DNA of 64,000 nt from contig JACROE010000002.1 in NCBI GenBank assembly GCA_016214565.1, forward strand, positions 408,007 through 472,006, read 5' to 3'. The DNA is from Candidatus Kerfeldbacteria bacterium. Its GTDB lineage: Bacteria > Patescibacteriota > Patescibacteriia > UBA10025 > JAHIVO01. Position 1 is the stretch's first letter. Each line of letters begins with the position of its first letter. Made by a program: the position numbers and the translations under genes. The notes under the pieces were generated by a model. The model did not search any database. It was not told the origin of the DNA and saw nothing but the letters and a program-made list of their open reading frames with translations. Below, one piece after another: positions 8,788 to 19,213 of the stretch.

Positions 8788-10110
8788 TTATGAATTAATT
8801 ATTTTCTCTTGTGGAGCTGGCAAGCCCCGAAGGGTAACCGCCAACCCAATTAAAGTCCAAAATTGAATGGCTAAATCATTTTTAAAATAAGGGGTATCAA
8901 GCAGTCCATGCACAAGCAGTACAATCATCGCCGCCATCAGCCCAATCGCCAGTGACCGTACCTCAGCATCTGCTTGCCGCAGTGCTCGCCGTATCATTTG
9001 GAAAAAACGTACCATCATAATACAAAATATTACGACACCCGCCAACCCCATCTCAATCCACAAGGATAACCATAGGTGATCGGGGTTGGGGAAAAACTCT
9101 GTGTGTGACGCTTCTTTATAATCACCGTAGACCACTGGGAAACTCGCTAAACCAGTACCCAATACCGGATGATCCTGAATAATGCGAGTCGCTCCTTTCC
9201 ACATCACGAGCCGCACGTCAGTGGACACGTCAGACGCCTGAACGACATCCATAATATTACTTCGAATCGCCGGAATCATTAAGGCAGCGACGGCCATCAC
9301 TAACAAGCCCGCCCAAAGCGCGCGGCGATAGCGGGAAAAAAAACTAACTACCACCAAACTGACGAGCACCCCTGCTATCGCGCCGCGGGAAACAGAAAAC
9401 AATAGTGCCACCAAACTAAACGTCAGCACGCCAATGACAAATCCGTGCTCACGGACTGTTTCCCAGAGCGTCCCCCGCCATAGGCGCGCTGCGCCAAAGA
9501 GTAAACCGAGAAACAACCCCATAATCGGACCAATGATTTTCCCGACTGCGGTAGGGAATGGAAACATGCCGGTAGCTCGAGCCGGGGATTCGAGGCCATA
9601 CCCACCCGGAATGCTCAAAATATTCGTATATTGCAAAAGCGTCACAAAACCAATCACCACGGCGAGCACCCCGAGCGCCCACACAACTCCGCGCACCTGC
9701 TGACGCGTTTTAATGGTATTAACAAATACTATGAAAAACAACGCTGGTTCGATGATATATGCTTTCCATAAACCTAGCGCCGCACGCACATCAGGTGAAA
9801 TAGCCACAGCCAGAACTCCGGCTACCACCCAGGCAATGAGTAGCCAACGCCAAGGGGAAAATACGGAAGACGCGTGGGTGCGACTACGTTCTTGAATAGC
9901 GCGCCAGCTCCACGTCACCACAACAATGATAACCATAAGCTCAAGCAGCGTCATGGGTAACGGCCCGACATTAAAACGAATCAAGTATACCGGTAAAAAC
10001 AAAATCACGAGCGTCACTGCCCAATCAAGCATGCGCCAGGCAAGATATGCCCAGATGAAAGCAAATATAATTACTATAACGGCATCAAGCATATCCATAG
10101 TGTACATCAT
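8788..10110 (-). CDS. O-antigen ligase/Wzy-C family membrane protein
   Basis: Multi-TM; SRGA, R..MW...HPVLGTG, PDHLWLSLWIEMGLAG. Confidence 0.85.
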   Translation of the reverse strand: MMYTMDMLDAVIVIIFAFIWAYLAWRMLDWAVTLVILFLPVYLIRFNVGPLPMTLLELMVIIVVVTWSWRAIQERSRTHASSVFSPWRWLLIAWVVAGVLAVAISPDVRAALGLWKAYIIEPALFFIVFVNTIKTRQQVRGVVWALGVLAVVIGFVTLLQYTNILSIPGGYGLESPARATGMFPFPTAVGKIIGPIMGLFLGLLFGAARLWRGTLWETVREHGFVIGVLTFSLVALLFSVSRGAIAGVLVSLVVVSFFSRYRRALWAGLLVMAVAALMIPAIRSNIMDVVQASDVSTDVRLVMWKGATRIIQDHPVLGTGLASFPVVYGDYKEASHTEFFPNPDHLWLSLWIEMGLAGVVIFCIMMVRFFQMIRRALRQADAEVRSLAIGLMAAMIVLLVHGLLDTPYFKNDLAIQFWTLIGLAVTLRGLPAPQEKIINS

Positions 10111-10130
10111 TTACTCAGCCAGCTCCACCA

Positions 10131-11627
10131 CTAATCAGTAGGGGGCGCCACACGCAGCACCCTCAGGGGGCCTGACTGCCAGGCTGATTGTACATCACCG
10201 AATGCACTCCATTGATCAATCGGATACTGAGGACTCACCACTATACGATAATCAAGGCCTGCCGAAACCACCGAGGGCGCTATGCCAGCCCTCATAAAAA
10301 GATACGAAAAGCTTCGGTCATACGAACCCAGGGGATATGACTGCACGGTGAATGATACACCGTTCGCATCATCAGTAATCAATTGAACCGCTGCCTGCAT
10401 TTCATCTAAACGCAATGGATACGAACTAGCGCGCGAACCAGTTGGCGCTAGGTCATGCACGAGCTGTACAGAAAACCAAGCCTGTACAAAACAAAGGAAG
10501 ATGACGATCGACCCGCAAACCAATTGTGCCAATCGGTGTTTCCCAACAACATACATCAGCCAGCCAACGAACAGAAAAGGCACGGGAAATAATATGGCAA
10601 AATAATGTGTTGGGATTGCTTCCTGGTATTGAGCAAAAATTAATAATGGTACCAAGAACCAGAGTGTCATGATGATCAGGCGCTCTTTCTGCTGTGGCGA
10701 TTTCCAGGCGCGCACTGTATGAACGCCAATACCCAGAACCAATATCACCAGAAGCGACTGCCACCATCGCGAGGGGACTCCATGAGTGAGACAGTCCTGA
10801 AAAAAGTTCTCCACCAAATGATACAAGCGATCAAGGCGTTGCCCAATCGATAGCGTGTGTGGACTATCTGACTGTGTCATCACGCGGATAAAACCTCGTG
10901 CGTTAGCCAATCGATTCGTAATATCGTAAATAATTGTTGGGAGATTCATGGCGGCAACCAGTAGCAAGCCCAAAAAATATTGCCACCAGCGAAATCGCGG
11001 CCGATAGTAAACCCCGAGTATTCCTAACATTACAGGTACCACAAGCAGCGCCGTACCATGAAGCTGAATGATCGCGCCTACAGCGATACCAAGAACATAG
11101 AGATGCCACGCGACTGGTTGCATTTTCTTCTGAATAATCTGAATAGCGCACCACATGATCACCAGCATAAAGAATGGAACCACATTCGGATTCCAGGCCC
11201 ATCGGCCATAGTACACCATCAAAAAACTGGTGCTATAGAGTGCAGCGGCAGCCAGGCCGGCACGCCAATCCCAGAGTGCACGACCAATCGCGTAGATGAA
11301 TATGATACTCAGTGACGAAAAAATCGCAATTGTTACCGCACCAGCCGTGGGCGAACTATTCGACACAAGATAACCAGGAGCAAGTAGATAATAAAAGAAT
11401 GCTCCGAGATGAAAATCGGGCCGATTATTAGGGGCGGCTGGTCCGAGCAGTGGGATTGATTCGCCAGTTACCAGCTGATTCACGACAAATGCATCCCGTC
11501 CTTCGTCTGTCCCGAAATGCATGCTGGGGCCAACGTCAACTAGGCGCAACAATGACCCGACAACCACTACCACGGCCAGGAGCGCCATTTCAAACGCGTG
11601 TCGTCGTAGCCAATTACGTATGCGCAT
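10131..11627 (-). CDS. GT-C glycosyltransferase (ArnT/PMT-like)
   Basis: Multi-TM with DEGRD loop, LLGP, FFYYLLAP, WNP. Confidence 0.8.
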   Translation of the reverse strand: MRIRNWLRRHAFEMALLAVVVVVGSLLRLVDVGPSMHFGTDEGRDAFVVNQLVTGESIPLLGPAAPNNRPDFHLGAFFYYLLAPGYLVSNSSPTAGAVTIAIFSSLSIIFIYAIGRALWDWRAGLAAAALYSTSFLMVYYGRWAWNPNVVPFFMLVIMWCAIQIIQKKMQPVAWHLYVLGIAVGAIIQLHGTALLVVPVMLGILGVYYRPRFRWWQYFLGLLLVAAMNLPTIIYDITNRLANARGFIRVMTQSDSPHTLSIGQRLDRLYHLVENFFQDCLTHGVPSRWWQSLLVILVLGIGVHTVRAWKSPQQKERLIIMTLWFLVPLLIFAQYQEAIPTHYFAILFPVPFLFVGWLMYVVGKHRLAQLVCGSIVIFLCFVQAWFSVQLVHDLAPTGSRASSYPLRLDEMQAAVQLITDDANGVSFTVQSYPLGSYDRSFSYLFMRAGIAPSVVSAGLDYRIVVSPQYPIDQWSAFGDVQSAWQSGPLRVLRVAPPTD

Positions 11628-13062
11628 CGCTCATGGAAATATTTTGTGCTGCTACTAAAAAAGCTATGGCAAACCAAACGTGCATTATATACAGCGTTGA
11701 AAATGTCTGATACTGGATAATTATGCCGATCACCGCGGCTAATGATGCGACGAGTACCGCCCGAAGATACCCATCACGGGTAATGCGGATAGCCCGAAAC
11801 GTGCGTATAAGCAGTAGCACCAGCAAGCTCAAAAAACTAATCAGCCCGAGTAATCCGGTCTCCGCCAAAATTTCGATAAACTCATTATTAACAATCTTCC
11901 AGCCGTCATCAGGCATATACGCAGGGTGAGGGGCCACCCAGGGACCGAACGCCCCCACACCTACACCGAGCAACCGGTCTTCCTGCCAGGCGAGCGAGGC
12001 TTGCTCAAACGTGTACACCCGCTCATTAAATGAAGCCCCGTAAAAAACATTGATGACATGCTCCTGAAATTTTTCTAGTGTAAATAATCCGCCGCCTGCC
12101 CCCAATGCGCGGAGCACAATCCAGCCGACGATCACTCCCACCAACACGAACGACACGATTAACCGCGGTCGCAACACGCGCTTGAGATAAAATAGCGCAA
12201 TCACCATGAGCATCCCGGCAATGGCGATATATGCGCCACGCGATACCGTAAGGATAAAAGCTACCATTCCCAGACCAAAGAGAACAAGCGCGACTGTCCC
12301 GGTCATGGCGCTTCGTTGTGATAAAAAGAAAGTAAAGACAATTGCAATCGGCAATAATAAATAATTAGCAAAGTACAGTGGCTCGTATGCAGTTGACTGA
12401 ACTCGAGTGAAGCCAAGCACGTCCTGGGTGTACAAATCGCGCAGGCCGGTAATTTCGGGAGGGAGTCCCAACATATCACCGGCAAACTGGAACAGGCCAA
12501 ATGCACTGACTAAAACGTAACTGATCAGCATAACCGCAATCAATCGTTTGATTTGAGCGGTATTGGTTATCAGATTTGGAATCCAAAATACTAAGCTGGC
12601 AGTAAATGTAATATATGCTAAAACGATAATGGAGCGCGGCAAATTTGGAGTATTAATGAGCGACATAACGTTTACCGCAAGAAAAATACTGAGTGGCAGT
12701 AACAGTGGATTGCGAACCAAACGCGCCGGGCGATCCATGACTTGATGAATTAACCACGCTACGGCGGTAGCAAACAACATAATTTGGCTTAAACGAATGG
12801 TCACCCCGCCAAGCTCATATGCCCCCAATCGCTCAAACGGCAACGCCGCGGCAATAACATATACCCCGAACGACGGCCGACGCACTATCAAGAGCACCAC
12901 GGCGATAAACACCACCGCAGCACACCCAAAATACCACGGCGCCATCGTTAGTCCCAGGCTAAGCCCGAGCACGCCGCACAGCATGACCACTAATAAGAGG
13001 CGATCGATTAGAGACATTTCGTCGAGCCAGGCGATACGCATATTAGTGGACCAAAAGCGCAT
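11614..13062 (-). CDS. O-antigen ligase/Wzy-C family membrane protein
   Basis: RVQSTAYEPLYFANYL, SRGA, LLGVGVGAF, NNEFIEILAETGLLG. Confidence 0.85.
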   Translation of the reverse strand: MRFWSTNMRIAWLDEMSLIDRLLLVVMLCGVLGLSLGLTMAPWYFGCAAVVFIAVVLLIVRRPSFGVYVIAAALPFERLGAYELGGVTIRLSQIMLFATAVAWLIHQVMDRPARLVRNPLLLPLSIFLAVNVMSLINTPNLPRSIIVLAYITFTASLVFWIPNLITNTAQIKRLIAVMLISYVLVSAFGLFQFAGDMLGLPPEITGLRDLYTQDVLGFTRVQSTAYEPLYFANYLLLPIAIVFTFFLSQRSAMTGTVALVLFGLGMVAFILTVSRGAYIAIAGMLMVIALFYLKRVLRPRLIVSFVLVGVIVGWIVLRALGAGGGLFTLEKFQEHVINVFYGASFNERVYTFEQASLAWQEDRLLGVGVGAFGPWVAPHPAYMPDDGWKIVNNEFIEILAETGLLGLISFLSLLVLLLIRTFRAIRITRDGYLRAVLVASLAAVIGIIIQYQTFSTLYIMHVWFAIAFLVAAQNISMSDAHT

Positions 13063-14167
13063 AAAATTGCTGCATCATGCGCACCTCACTGAAATCGTGC
13101 GCGACTCGATCATAGGCCGCGTCAACCATGGTACGAACGGCTGATCGATTGTTATACAACCATAATAATTGATCGGCTAAATCCTGGCTATTGCCCGGTT
13201 GCGCCAAACGACCGTTCACCCCATGCGTAATGATTTCACCAGTACCGCCGATCCGCGAAGCAATCACGGGAATGCCGCTGGCCATTGCTTCCAGGATGGT
13301 GATGCCGAATGATTCTCGGGTAACGGACGGTAAGACATACGCATCAAAATAATGGTACCAGGGCGCTACATCGCGCTGGCGGCCAATCCATTGCACGTGC
13401 TCTTTCAGATCAAGCCGTTCCGTCAACCAAGTTAATTTTTTCCGCTCACTCCCTTCACCAACAATAATCAATCGAGCAAATGGAACAAACTCGCGAACAA
13501 TTTTCAAAGCATGCAATAAATATTCAATTCCCTTTTCTTTCTCAAGCCGTGCTACACAACCAATATTATAGCGTGCCGATTTCTCCCAATCATAATCCTT
13601 ACGCACGAACTGCTTCAAATTAATCCCCGTATAAATCACCTGAATCCGCTCAGCGGGGACATGAATATCGTCTTGGAGTTGGGTGGCGATGACATGAGAT
13701 ACGGGAACGATGTTAACCAAGCGAGCCATTCGAGCGTACCACCAACGCAAGGGATTTTGCGATAGCCAGCGCTCGCAGGTCACGTGTTCGATCCAAATAA
13801 CGCGCATACCACACAATCGGGCAGGAATGGTGCCTAATATTTTTTCAGTAAGCGACAAACAATACAAAGTCCGTACTCCATGACGCAATCGATACCACAG
13901 CAACAATCCAAGCAATGAAAGTCCGGCCAACGGCGCGGTAAAAGGCCACAGTAAGAGTGTCCAACGAGAAACTGGTTCTGGGCCCGCCCACCAGCGCATA
14001 GCCAGCCATCGTCGAGCGCGGAACTCCTTCAGGAGTACTCGGCAGGAGCCGGCAAAGAAAAAAGACAGTCCCTTCTTTTGCATCGCTTCCACAATCATAA
14101 GCGTATGGCGCTCACCACCGCCAAAAAGTGAAGAATAGGGAAATTTTAATATGAGAATTGGCCGCAT
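13043..14167 (-). CDS. GT4 glycosyltransferase
   Basis: GGGERH, ARLEKEKG, ESFGITILEAMASG. Confidence 0.92.
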   Translation of the reverse strand: MRPILILKFPYSSLFGGGERHTLMIVEAMQKKGLSFFFAGSCRVLLKEFRARRWLAMRWWAGPEPVSRWTLLLWPFTAPLAGLSLLGLLLWYRLRHGVRTLYCLSLTEKILGTIPARLCGMRVIWIEHVTCERWLSQNPLRWWYARMARLVNIVPVSHVIATQLQDDIHVPAERIQVIYTGINLKQFVRKDYDWEKSARYNIGCVARLEKEKGIEYLLHALKIVREFVPFARLIIVGEGSERKKLTWLTERLDLKEHVQWIGRQRDVAPWYHYFDAYVLPSVTRESFGITILEAMASGIPVIASRIGGTGEIITHGVNGRLAQPGNSQDLADQLLWLYNNRSAVRTMVDAAYDRVAHDFSEVRMMQQFYALLVH

Positions 14168-14170
14168 ACG

Positions 14171-15589
14171 CTATCGACGAATACTAATAATTTCTCGAAT
14201 GGTGTCAGTCGTGACGGCTCGCATAACTAATAACCCCACACCATAGGCAATCACCCCGCCGATGATCGCCAGCAGCACATGCGCGTCGCGCAATATGAAA
14301 ATTACCGCTCCCATCGCCGCGCACGCCACGACAACTTTAGCCATGGTGCCAAAGCGTGGCCACACTTTGCTGGTAATGCCCACGATGCTGATCATCGAAA
14401 GTGTAATCAAAAACTCGGCCACAATGCGTACCACCGCCGCTCCATAATATGAATGCGCGGGGATGGCGACCATATATCCTACTAACGCTATCCCTGCAAT
14501 CGCTCCGTACAACCAAAGCGTAGCACGCTGACGATTAAGCGCTACCACCGTATTGCCAAACAAATTACCAACAAAAATGATTCCCGTAGCAACTATTAAT
14601 AAACGTAAAATATCCGGCGAAGCCGAGAATTCAGGGGCAACTAAATGCATAATGGGGTCAGCTAACAGCATCGTGCCCACAATCAAGGGGAGCGCTACCA
14701 TCAGCATCGCATCATATGATTTTTGTAATATGCCGCGAAAACGTTCCCGGTCACCGCTCACCCATGCCGCGGTTAACAACGGCAACACCAAGCCGGCAAA
14801 CATGGCGGGGAATGTCACGAGTACTTCTAACACCTTATTAGCTGCACCATACAAGCCAACGGCCGCATCACCCTGATAATGGGAGAGAAAAAGTACGTCA
14901 GTTTTGAAATACAATAAATTAAATCCGATCGATAGGGCGATTGGCCACGCGTCTCGAATCACCGACCGCCAGACTTCCCAATCAAATCGTAAACGGAGCC
15001 GAATAAACTGCCGGCTGAAGACGTACGTCATCATGAAATTCACGAGACTGCTGACACTCACTACCGCCAATATCCAGAGTAAATTCAAATCAAGCACGAC
15101 ACACCCGTATGTTCCGGCTACCAGTACGATTCGACCTACCACTTCAGCGATGACCACTTTATCCATGCGCATGTGCTTCTGAAATATCCCGGATAACACT
15201 TGGTTGAGCGTAATGCCAAAAAAGGACAGCGTGGTGATCAGCACGCCCATCTTAACTATACTCGGGTAATCAAAAAATAAAATGACCAGCGGCGCTAAGC
15301 CTAGAAACACTACCGCTGAAATTAACCGCAAGGTTAAAATATTACTCGCGACTGCGTCAGCATCAATGCCCGGCTCTGATATGCGCTTCACCAAAATAAC
15401 ATACAGCCCCATATCCACCAGAATGCCAAAGAGTTGCAGATACGCCATCACAATGGTGTACTGTCCAAATCCTGCTTCGCCCAAATACCGCGTCAACAGT
15501 CCCACCACAACAACGCCGATGATGGTGCTGATTCCTTTGCCGATTATTTGAACGATAGTATTATGCGCAATGGCGCGAGTATTTGACAT
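14171..15589 (-). CDS. Wzx-type flippase
   Basis: LTRYLG...FGQY, D.GL, VGLYGAA; many TMs; likely start MSNTR. Confidence 0.88.
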   Translation of the reverse strand: MSNTRAIAHNTIVQIIGKGISTIIGVVVVGLLTRYLGEAGFGQYTIVMAYLQLFGILVDMGLYVILVKRISEPGIDADAVASNILTLRLISAVVFLGLAPLVILFFDYPSIVKMGVLITTLSFFGITLNQVLSGIFQKHMRMDKVVIAEVVGRIVLVAGTYGCVVLDLNLLWILAVVSVSSLVNFMMTYVFSRQFIRLRLRFDWEVWRSVIRDAWPIALSIGFNLLYFKTDVLFLSHYQGDAAVGLYGAANKVLEVLVTFPAMFAGLVLPLLTAAWVSGDRERFRGILQKSYDAMLMVALPLIVGTMLLADPIMHLVAPEFSASPDILRLLIVATGIIFVGNLFGNTVVALNRQRATLWLYGAIAGIALVGYMVAIPAHSYYGAAVVRIVAEFLITLSMISIVGITSKVWPRFGTMAKVVVACAAMGAVIFILRDAHVLLAIIGGVIAYGVGLLVMRAVTTDTIREIISIRR

Positions 15590-15667
15590 ACGATATTGGC
15601 TGAGCAAAAAATGTGTACAGTAACAAAGTTCTCTGGAATTAATATAGCTTAGCATGCACATCGCTCA

Positions 15668-15696
15668 TTGACAATTGAGTTTTTTTATGCTATCAT
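15668..15696 (+). promoter_or_regulatory. Strong sigma70-type promoter
   Basis: TTGACA-17nt-TATCAT with TGn extension. Confidence 0.75.
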
Positions 15697-15871
15697 ATAG
15701 AGGTACAGAAAAAAATAAACGCTTGTCGCTTAGCTGAGTGCTCGGCAAAAAATAAAAAAATTGGCGCTGATGTAAAAATACCATTGACGCCAACCATCTG
15801 ACACTCATACTGAGCGGCTTGAAATTCAAGCGGCGATATTATCGTCGCACAAAACAAAAACAAACATCATT

Positions 15872-17779
15872 ATGTACCAGCGCCATACCACCGCGCTCTT
15901 CGGAGCGTTGATGCTATTGCTCATCATCCCCTTTATACCCGGCTACCTCCAACAGGTTATGGCCGAGAATATTATGATACCAGTGGTTGCCCCGGATGCC
16001 GTCCAACCCAGCGTAACGGCCTACCTGACCAGCGGATATGTAGGGTCGCTTGGCTATCTCGACATGCCCGTTTCTCGGGCGCCACAAGTATTAGGTGTAA
16101 GCTATGAGCGAGCCCCCGCATATCGCGCACAGGAAGTAGATCGTTCTCACGGCGTGATCCGCATGAACCCGGAGCAAGCAGTGACCATTTGGATTGATTT
16201 TGAAAATACCGGCACCACTACCTGGTACAATGACGGCCCAAATTTTGTCGCACTCAATTTAACCAATCCCACCAACCGCACCAGTCAATTCCATCACGCA
16301 TTTTGGCCAGCCTCCTATCGACCGGCGAAACTGCTTCAGCGAGAAGTTCGGCCTGGTGAAATAGGTCGATTCCGCATTGCCCTTCAGGCTCCAGCCACGC
16401 CTGGTCTGTACCAGGAGCACTTCCACCTAGTCGCAGAAAACCTCGCCTGGATTGATGGTGGTTATGCCACCATCGATATCGGTGTTGGCCAAAGCGTGGC
16501 ACAGCGCCCCGATTATCGTGCCCGCGAGACGGAGCGAAGCCAGGGCGGCACGATCGCTCTACCGCCAGGCAAAGCGTTTACCTTTTGGATTGATTTTGAG
16601 AATACGGGGCTGAAAAATTGGTACAATACTGGCAATAATTTTATCGCAGTCAACGTGGACAAGCCAATTGGCCGAGTCAGCGCCTTCCAGCATCCCTTTT
16701 GGAGCGAATATTATTACCGACCCGGACGGCTGGCACAGAGCCGAATATACTCGGGGGAGCGCGGACGATTCTACTTCGCCCTCAAAGCCCCGGCTACCCC
16801 GGGTTATTACACTGAATCGTTTGCCCTGGTTGCTGAACATAAAATGTTTATCCCGGGTGGAACATTCACTATTACCTTTAAGGTAGGAAATCAAGAGGTC
16901 GGAGTAGCGGGGAGCGCCCCGGGCGAGCCGACCGTACGCATTGGTATCTATGAAGCAACTCAGCCAGTCACCATCGTGCCCAGTGGAGAGTACACGATGG
17001 CCAATGTGCTCACGGGCACCAGCGAACGGAAAAGTGGCGGCACGCCAGTCACCATCGCTACCAACATATCTACCCATTGGCGCATTGAGCCAATTGATCC
17101 CGTCGGAGTGAGCACGATAAGTAGTTATGAAAACCGCCCTGCCTGGAAACCATCGCTCAATGACAATACATTCCGCGGCGCTATTGAGGTGCGCAGTAAA
17201 CCAAATGCCAGCAGCGCCTGGGTCATTAATGAACTCCCGGTAGAATCATACCTGAAAGGTTTAGCCGAGGTTTCAAATGGACAACCCTCCGAATATCTCA
17301 AATCATTGATCGTGGCAGCGCGCTCCTACGTTCTCTGGCACCATAATCGAGGTGGGAAATATCCTGAACTTGGTTTTGATATCAACGCAATAACCGATCA
17401 AGTATACCGAGGCTACGGATTTGAGCAACGCTCGACCGATCCGCTGGGCGCCATCCAGGCAACCGCCGGCACGGTGATTACCCATCCAAAAGCAATCAGC
17501 GAGATGAATCCTTCAGGCATCGCTGTAGCGGCATACTCATCGGGTACTGACGGACGCACCCGGAGTTACCAGGAAGTTTGGGGAGGCACTCAATTCCCCT
17601 GGCTGGTTTCGGTGGCTGATCCCTATGGCATCATCAGCAACCCCACAACGCTATCCGGCAATCACATGGTGGGCATGTCGGCGAATGGTGCCCGTGGCTA
17701 TGCGCTCAACGAACAAAAAACATTTGACTGGATTCTCCAGCACTATTACACCGGTACAGCCACGAAAAAAATATATTAG
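15872..17779 (+). CDS. Exported SpoIID/LytB-domain protein with two Ig-like (NBR1-like) repeats
   Basis: N-terminal hydrophobic signal; two repeats FENTG..W...APATPG.Y.E.F.LVAE; INELPVESYLKGLAEV, AARSY, DQVYRG, HMVGMS, ILQHYY. Confidence 0.85.
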   Translation: MYQRHTTALFGALMLLLIIPFIPGYLQQVMAENIMIPVVAPDAVQPSVTAYLTSGYVGSLGYLDMPVSRAPQVLGVSYERAPAYRAQEVDRSHGVIRMNPEQAVTIWIDFENTGTTTWYNDGPNFVALNLTNPTNRTSQFHHAFWPASYRPAKLLQREVRPGEIGRFRIALQAPATPGLYQEHFHLVAENLAWIDGGYATIDIGVGQSVAQRPDYRARETERSQGGTIALPPGKAFTFWIDFENTGLKNWYNTGNNFIAVNVDKPIGRVSAFQHPFWSEYYYRPGRLAQSRIYSGERGRFYFALKAPATPGYYTESFALVAEHKMFIPGGTFTITFKVGNQEVGVAGSAPGEPTVRIGIYEATQPVTIVPSGEYTMANVLTGTSERKSGGTPVTIATNISTHWRIEPIDPVGVSTISSYENRPAWKPSLNDNTFRGAIEVRSKPNASSAWVINELPVESYLKGLAEVSNGQPSEYLKSLIVAARSYVLWHHNRGGKYPELGFDINAITDQVYRGYGFEQRSTDPLGAIQATAGTVITHPKAISEMNPSGIAVAAYSSGTDGRTRSYQEVWGGTQFPWLVSVADPYGIISNPTTLSGNHMVGMSANGARGYALNEQKTFDWILQHYYTGTATKKIY

Positions 17780-17805
17780 CCAATCTCTGCTATAATGACT
17801 GCGGT

Positions 17806-18474
17806 ATGTCTATTATTGGTCCAAACATAGAAATTACTGAGTCAGATTGGCGCAATATGACCGACGAGCTACAGAATTACGCCCGCGGTCATTTTTGGCG
17901 CGACTATACCTGGCACGCCGCCCGCATGTCGGTGATTGACCCCGAACAATTTAAAAGTGTCCTCATCACTGATAATGAGTGGATAGGCATGCTGCGGGAA
18001 TTAGAAAACTACCGCCGCCAAGAAAATTGGGACGCTTTTGCCGCGCGCCTTGCGCGCATGAAGCTTATTGACGCCGAACGATCACGCAATATCGAAATCT
18101 CAGATGCGCAGTGGGCAAACATCCTCAACATACTGAAAAAAACTGTCATGCAAAACAATTGGATCCTCTTTGCCTCCCACGCGCACCACATGAAAACAAT
18201 TGATCCGGAGCGGTTCGCTAAAATTTCCATTGAAGACAAGGCGTGGCAAGGCATGCTAAAAAAACTTGATGAATTTCGAGGCAATGATATTGCAGGAAAA
18301 TTTACCAAGCACGCCTCATACCTGAAAAGTATTAATCCAGAACGATTCAAAGCAATTCGTATTTCTGCCTCTGATTGGCAAGTAATTGCCCAGGAGCTTC
18401 AACTCAAGCGACAAAAAAACTATTGGGCGGCATTTGCCGCACAAGCCAGCAGAATAAAAACGTTATTTGATTAA
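17806..18474 (+). CDS. Hypothetical protein made of five ~44-aa repeats
   Basis: Repeat I.I....W..M...L......W..F...A..MK.IDPERF visible five times. Confidence 0.85.
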   Translation: MSIIGPNIEITESDWRNMTDELQNYARGHFWRDYTWHAARMSVIDPEQFKSVLITDNEWIGMLRELENYRRQENWDAFAARLARMKLIDAERSRNIEISDAQWANILNILKKTVMQNNWILFASHAHHMKTIDPERFAKISIEDKAWQGMLKKLDEFRGNDIAGKFTKHASYLKSINPERFKAIRISASDWQVIAQELQLKRQKNYWAAFAAQASRIKTLFD

Positions 18475-18476
18475 CT

Positions 18477-19205
18477 ATGAATCAACTTCCTGTGAACCTT
18501 CGTATGTGGCGCAGCGCAATACTGCTTGCGTTCGGCATCTTGGTGGTGCTGGTGGGTTATGTGTACCTCTATAACGACGGATTAACGGCGCTCGCCTGGA
18601 GCCAGGCCGTGGCGGGCACTGCCGCACTCATGATTGGTATTTCTTTTGCCCTCTCTGGCATCGGCTACTGGTGGGATTTCCTGGATGCCCGCGTCGGCTA
18701 CCGTAAATATTACGGTCTAGTCGGGTACTATTTTGCCCTGCTACACTCGGTCATGCTGCTCTTCATCTTTCCCAATCGATATTGGTATGGATTTTTTGAA
18801 AACTTTTTTACACCAAACATCATCCTTGGCCTGATCGCCATGACCATTCTAACGATGATGGCAATTGTCTCAAATAATTGGGCAATGCGGCGCCTGGGGC
18901 CAATTCACTGGCGGCAACTCTTGCGCCTTGGATACCTCGCTTATGCGCTCTTAATTGTTCGAGCGCTATATATAGAAGGGGGGAATTGGCTTGCCTGGCT
19001 TCGATCATTTGATGGATTGCCGCCGCCTCGATTAATAGTCTCCATTTGTGCTGCCGCGGTTATTATCTTCCGTGGATCGGTATTTATTTCGAAAAAAGCG
19101 CGAGCGGCTCGAGCCCAGACGCTCGCCAGCCAGCCGGCACCGGCGTCAGCGGAAAATAAAACCCCCGCCGCTGATATGCACCAGGGCGGGGAGAGCAATC
19201 AATAA
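18477..19205 (+). CDS. Ferric-reductase-like TM protein (MsrQ-like)
   Basis: RKYYGL...LLH and SNNWAMRRLG..WRQL.RL.Y pattern. Confidence 0.7.
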   Translation: MNQLPVNLRMWRSAILLAFGILVVLVGYVYLYNDGLTALAWSQAVAGTAALMIGISFALSGIGYWWDFLDARVGYRKYYGLVGYYFALLHSVMLLFIFPNRYWYGFFENFFTPNIILGLIAMTILTMMAIVSNNWAMRRLGPIHWRQLLRLGYLAYALLIVRALYIEGGNWLAWLRSFDGLPPPRLIVSICAAAVIIFRGSVFISKKARAARAQTLASQPAPASAENKTPAADMHQGGESNQ

Positions 19206-19213
19206 CTGATTGC

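Noticed and set aside
16120-16880. Internal repeat in the SpoIID-like gene as a DGR template/variable pair
   Set aside because: It is a diverged in-frame domain duplication, differences are not confined to adenines, and no reverse transcriptase is present.
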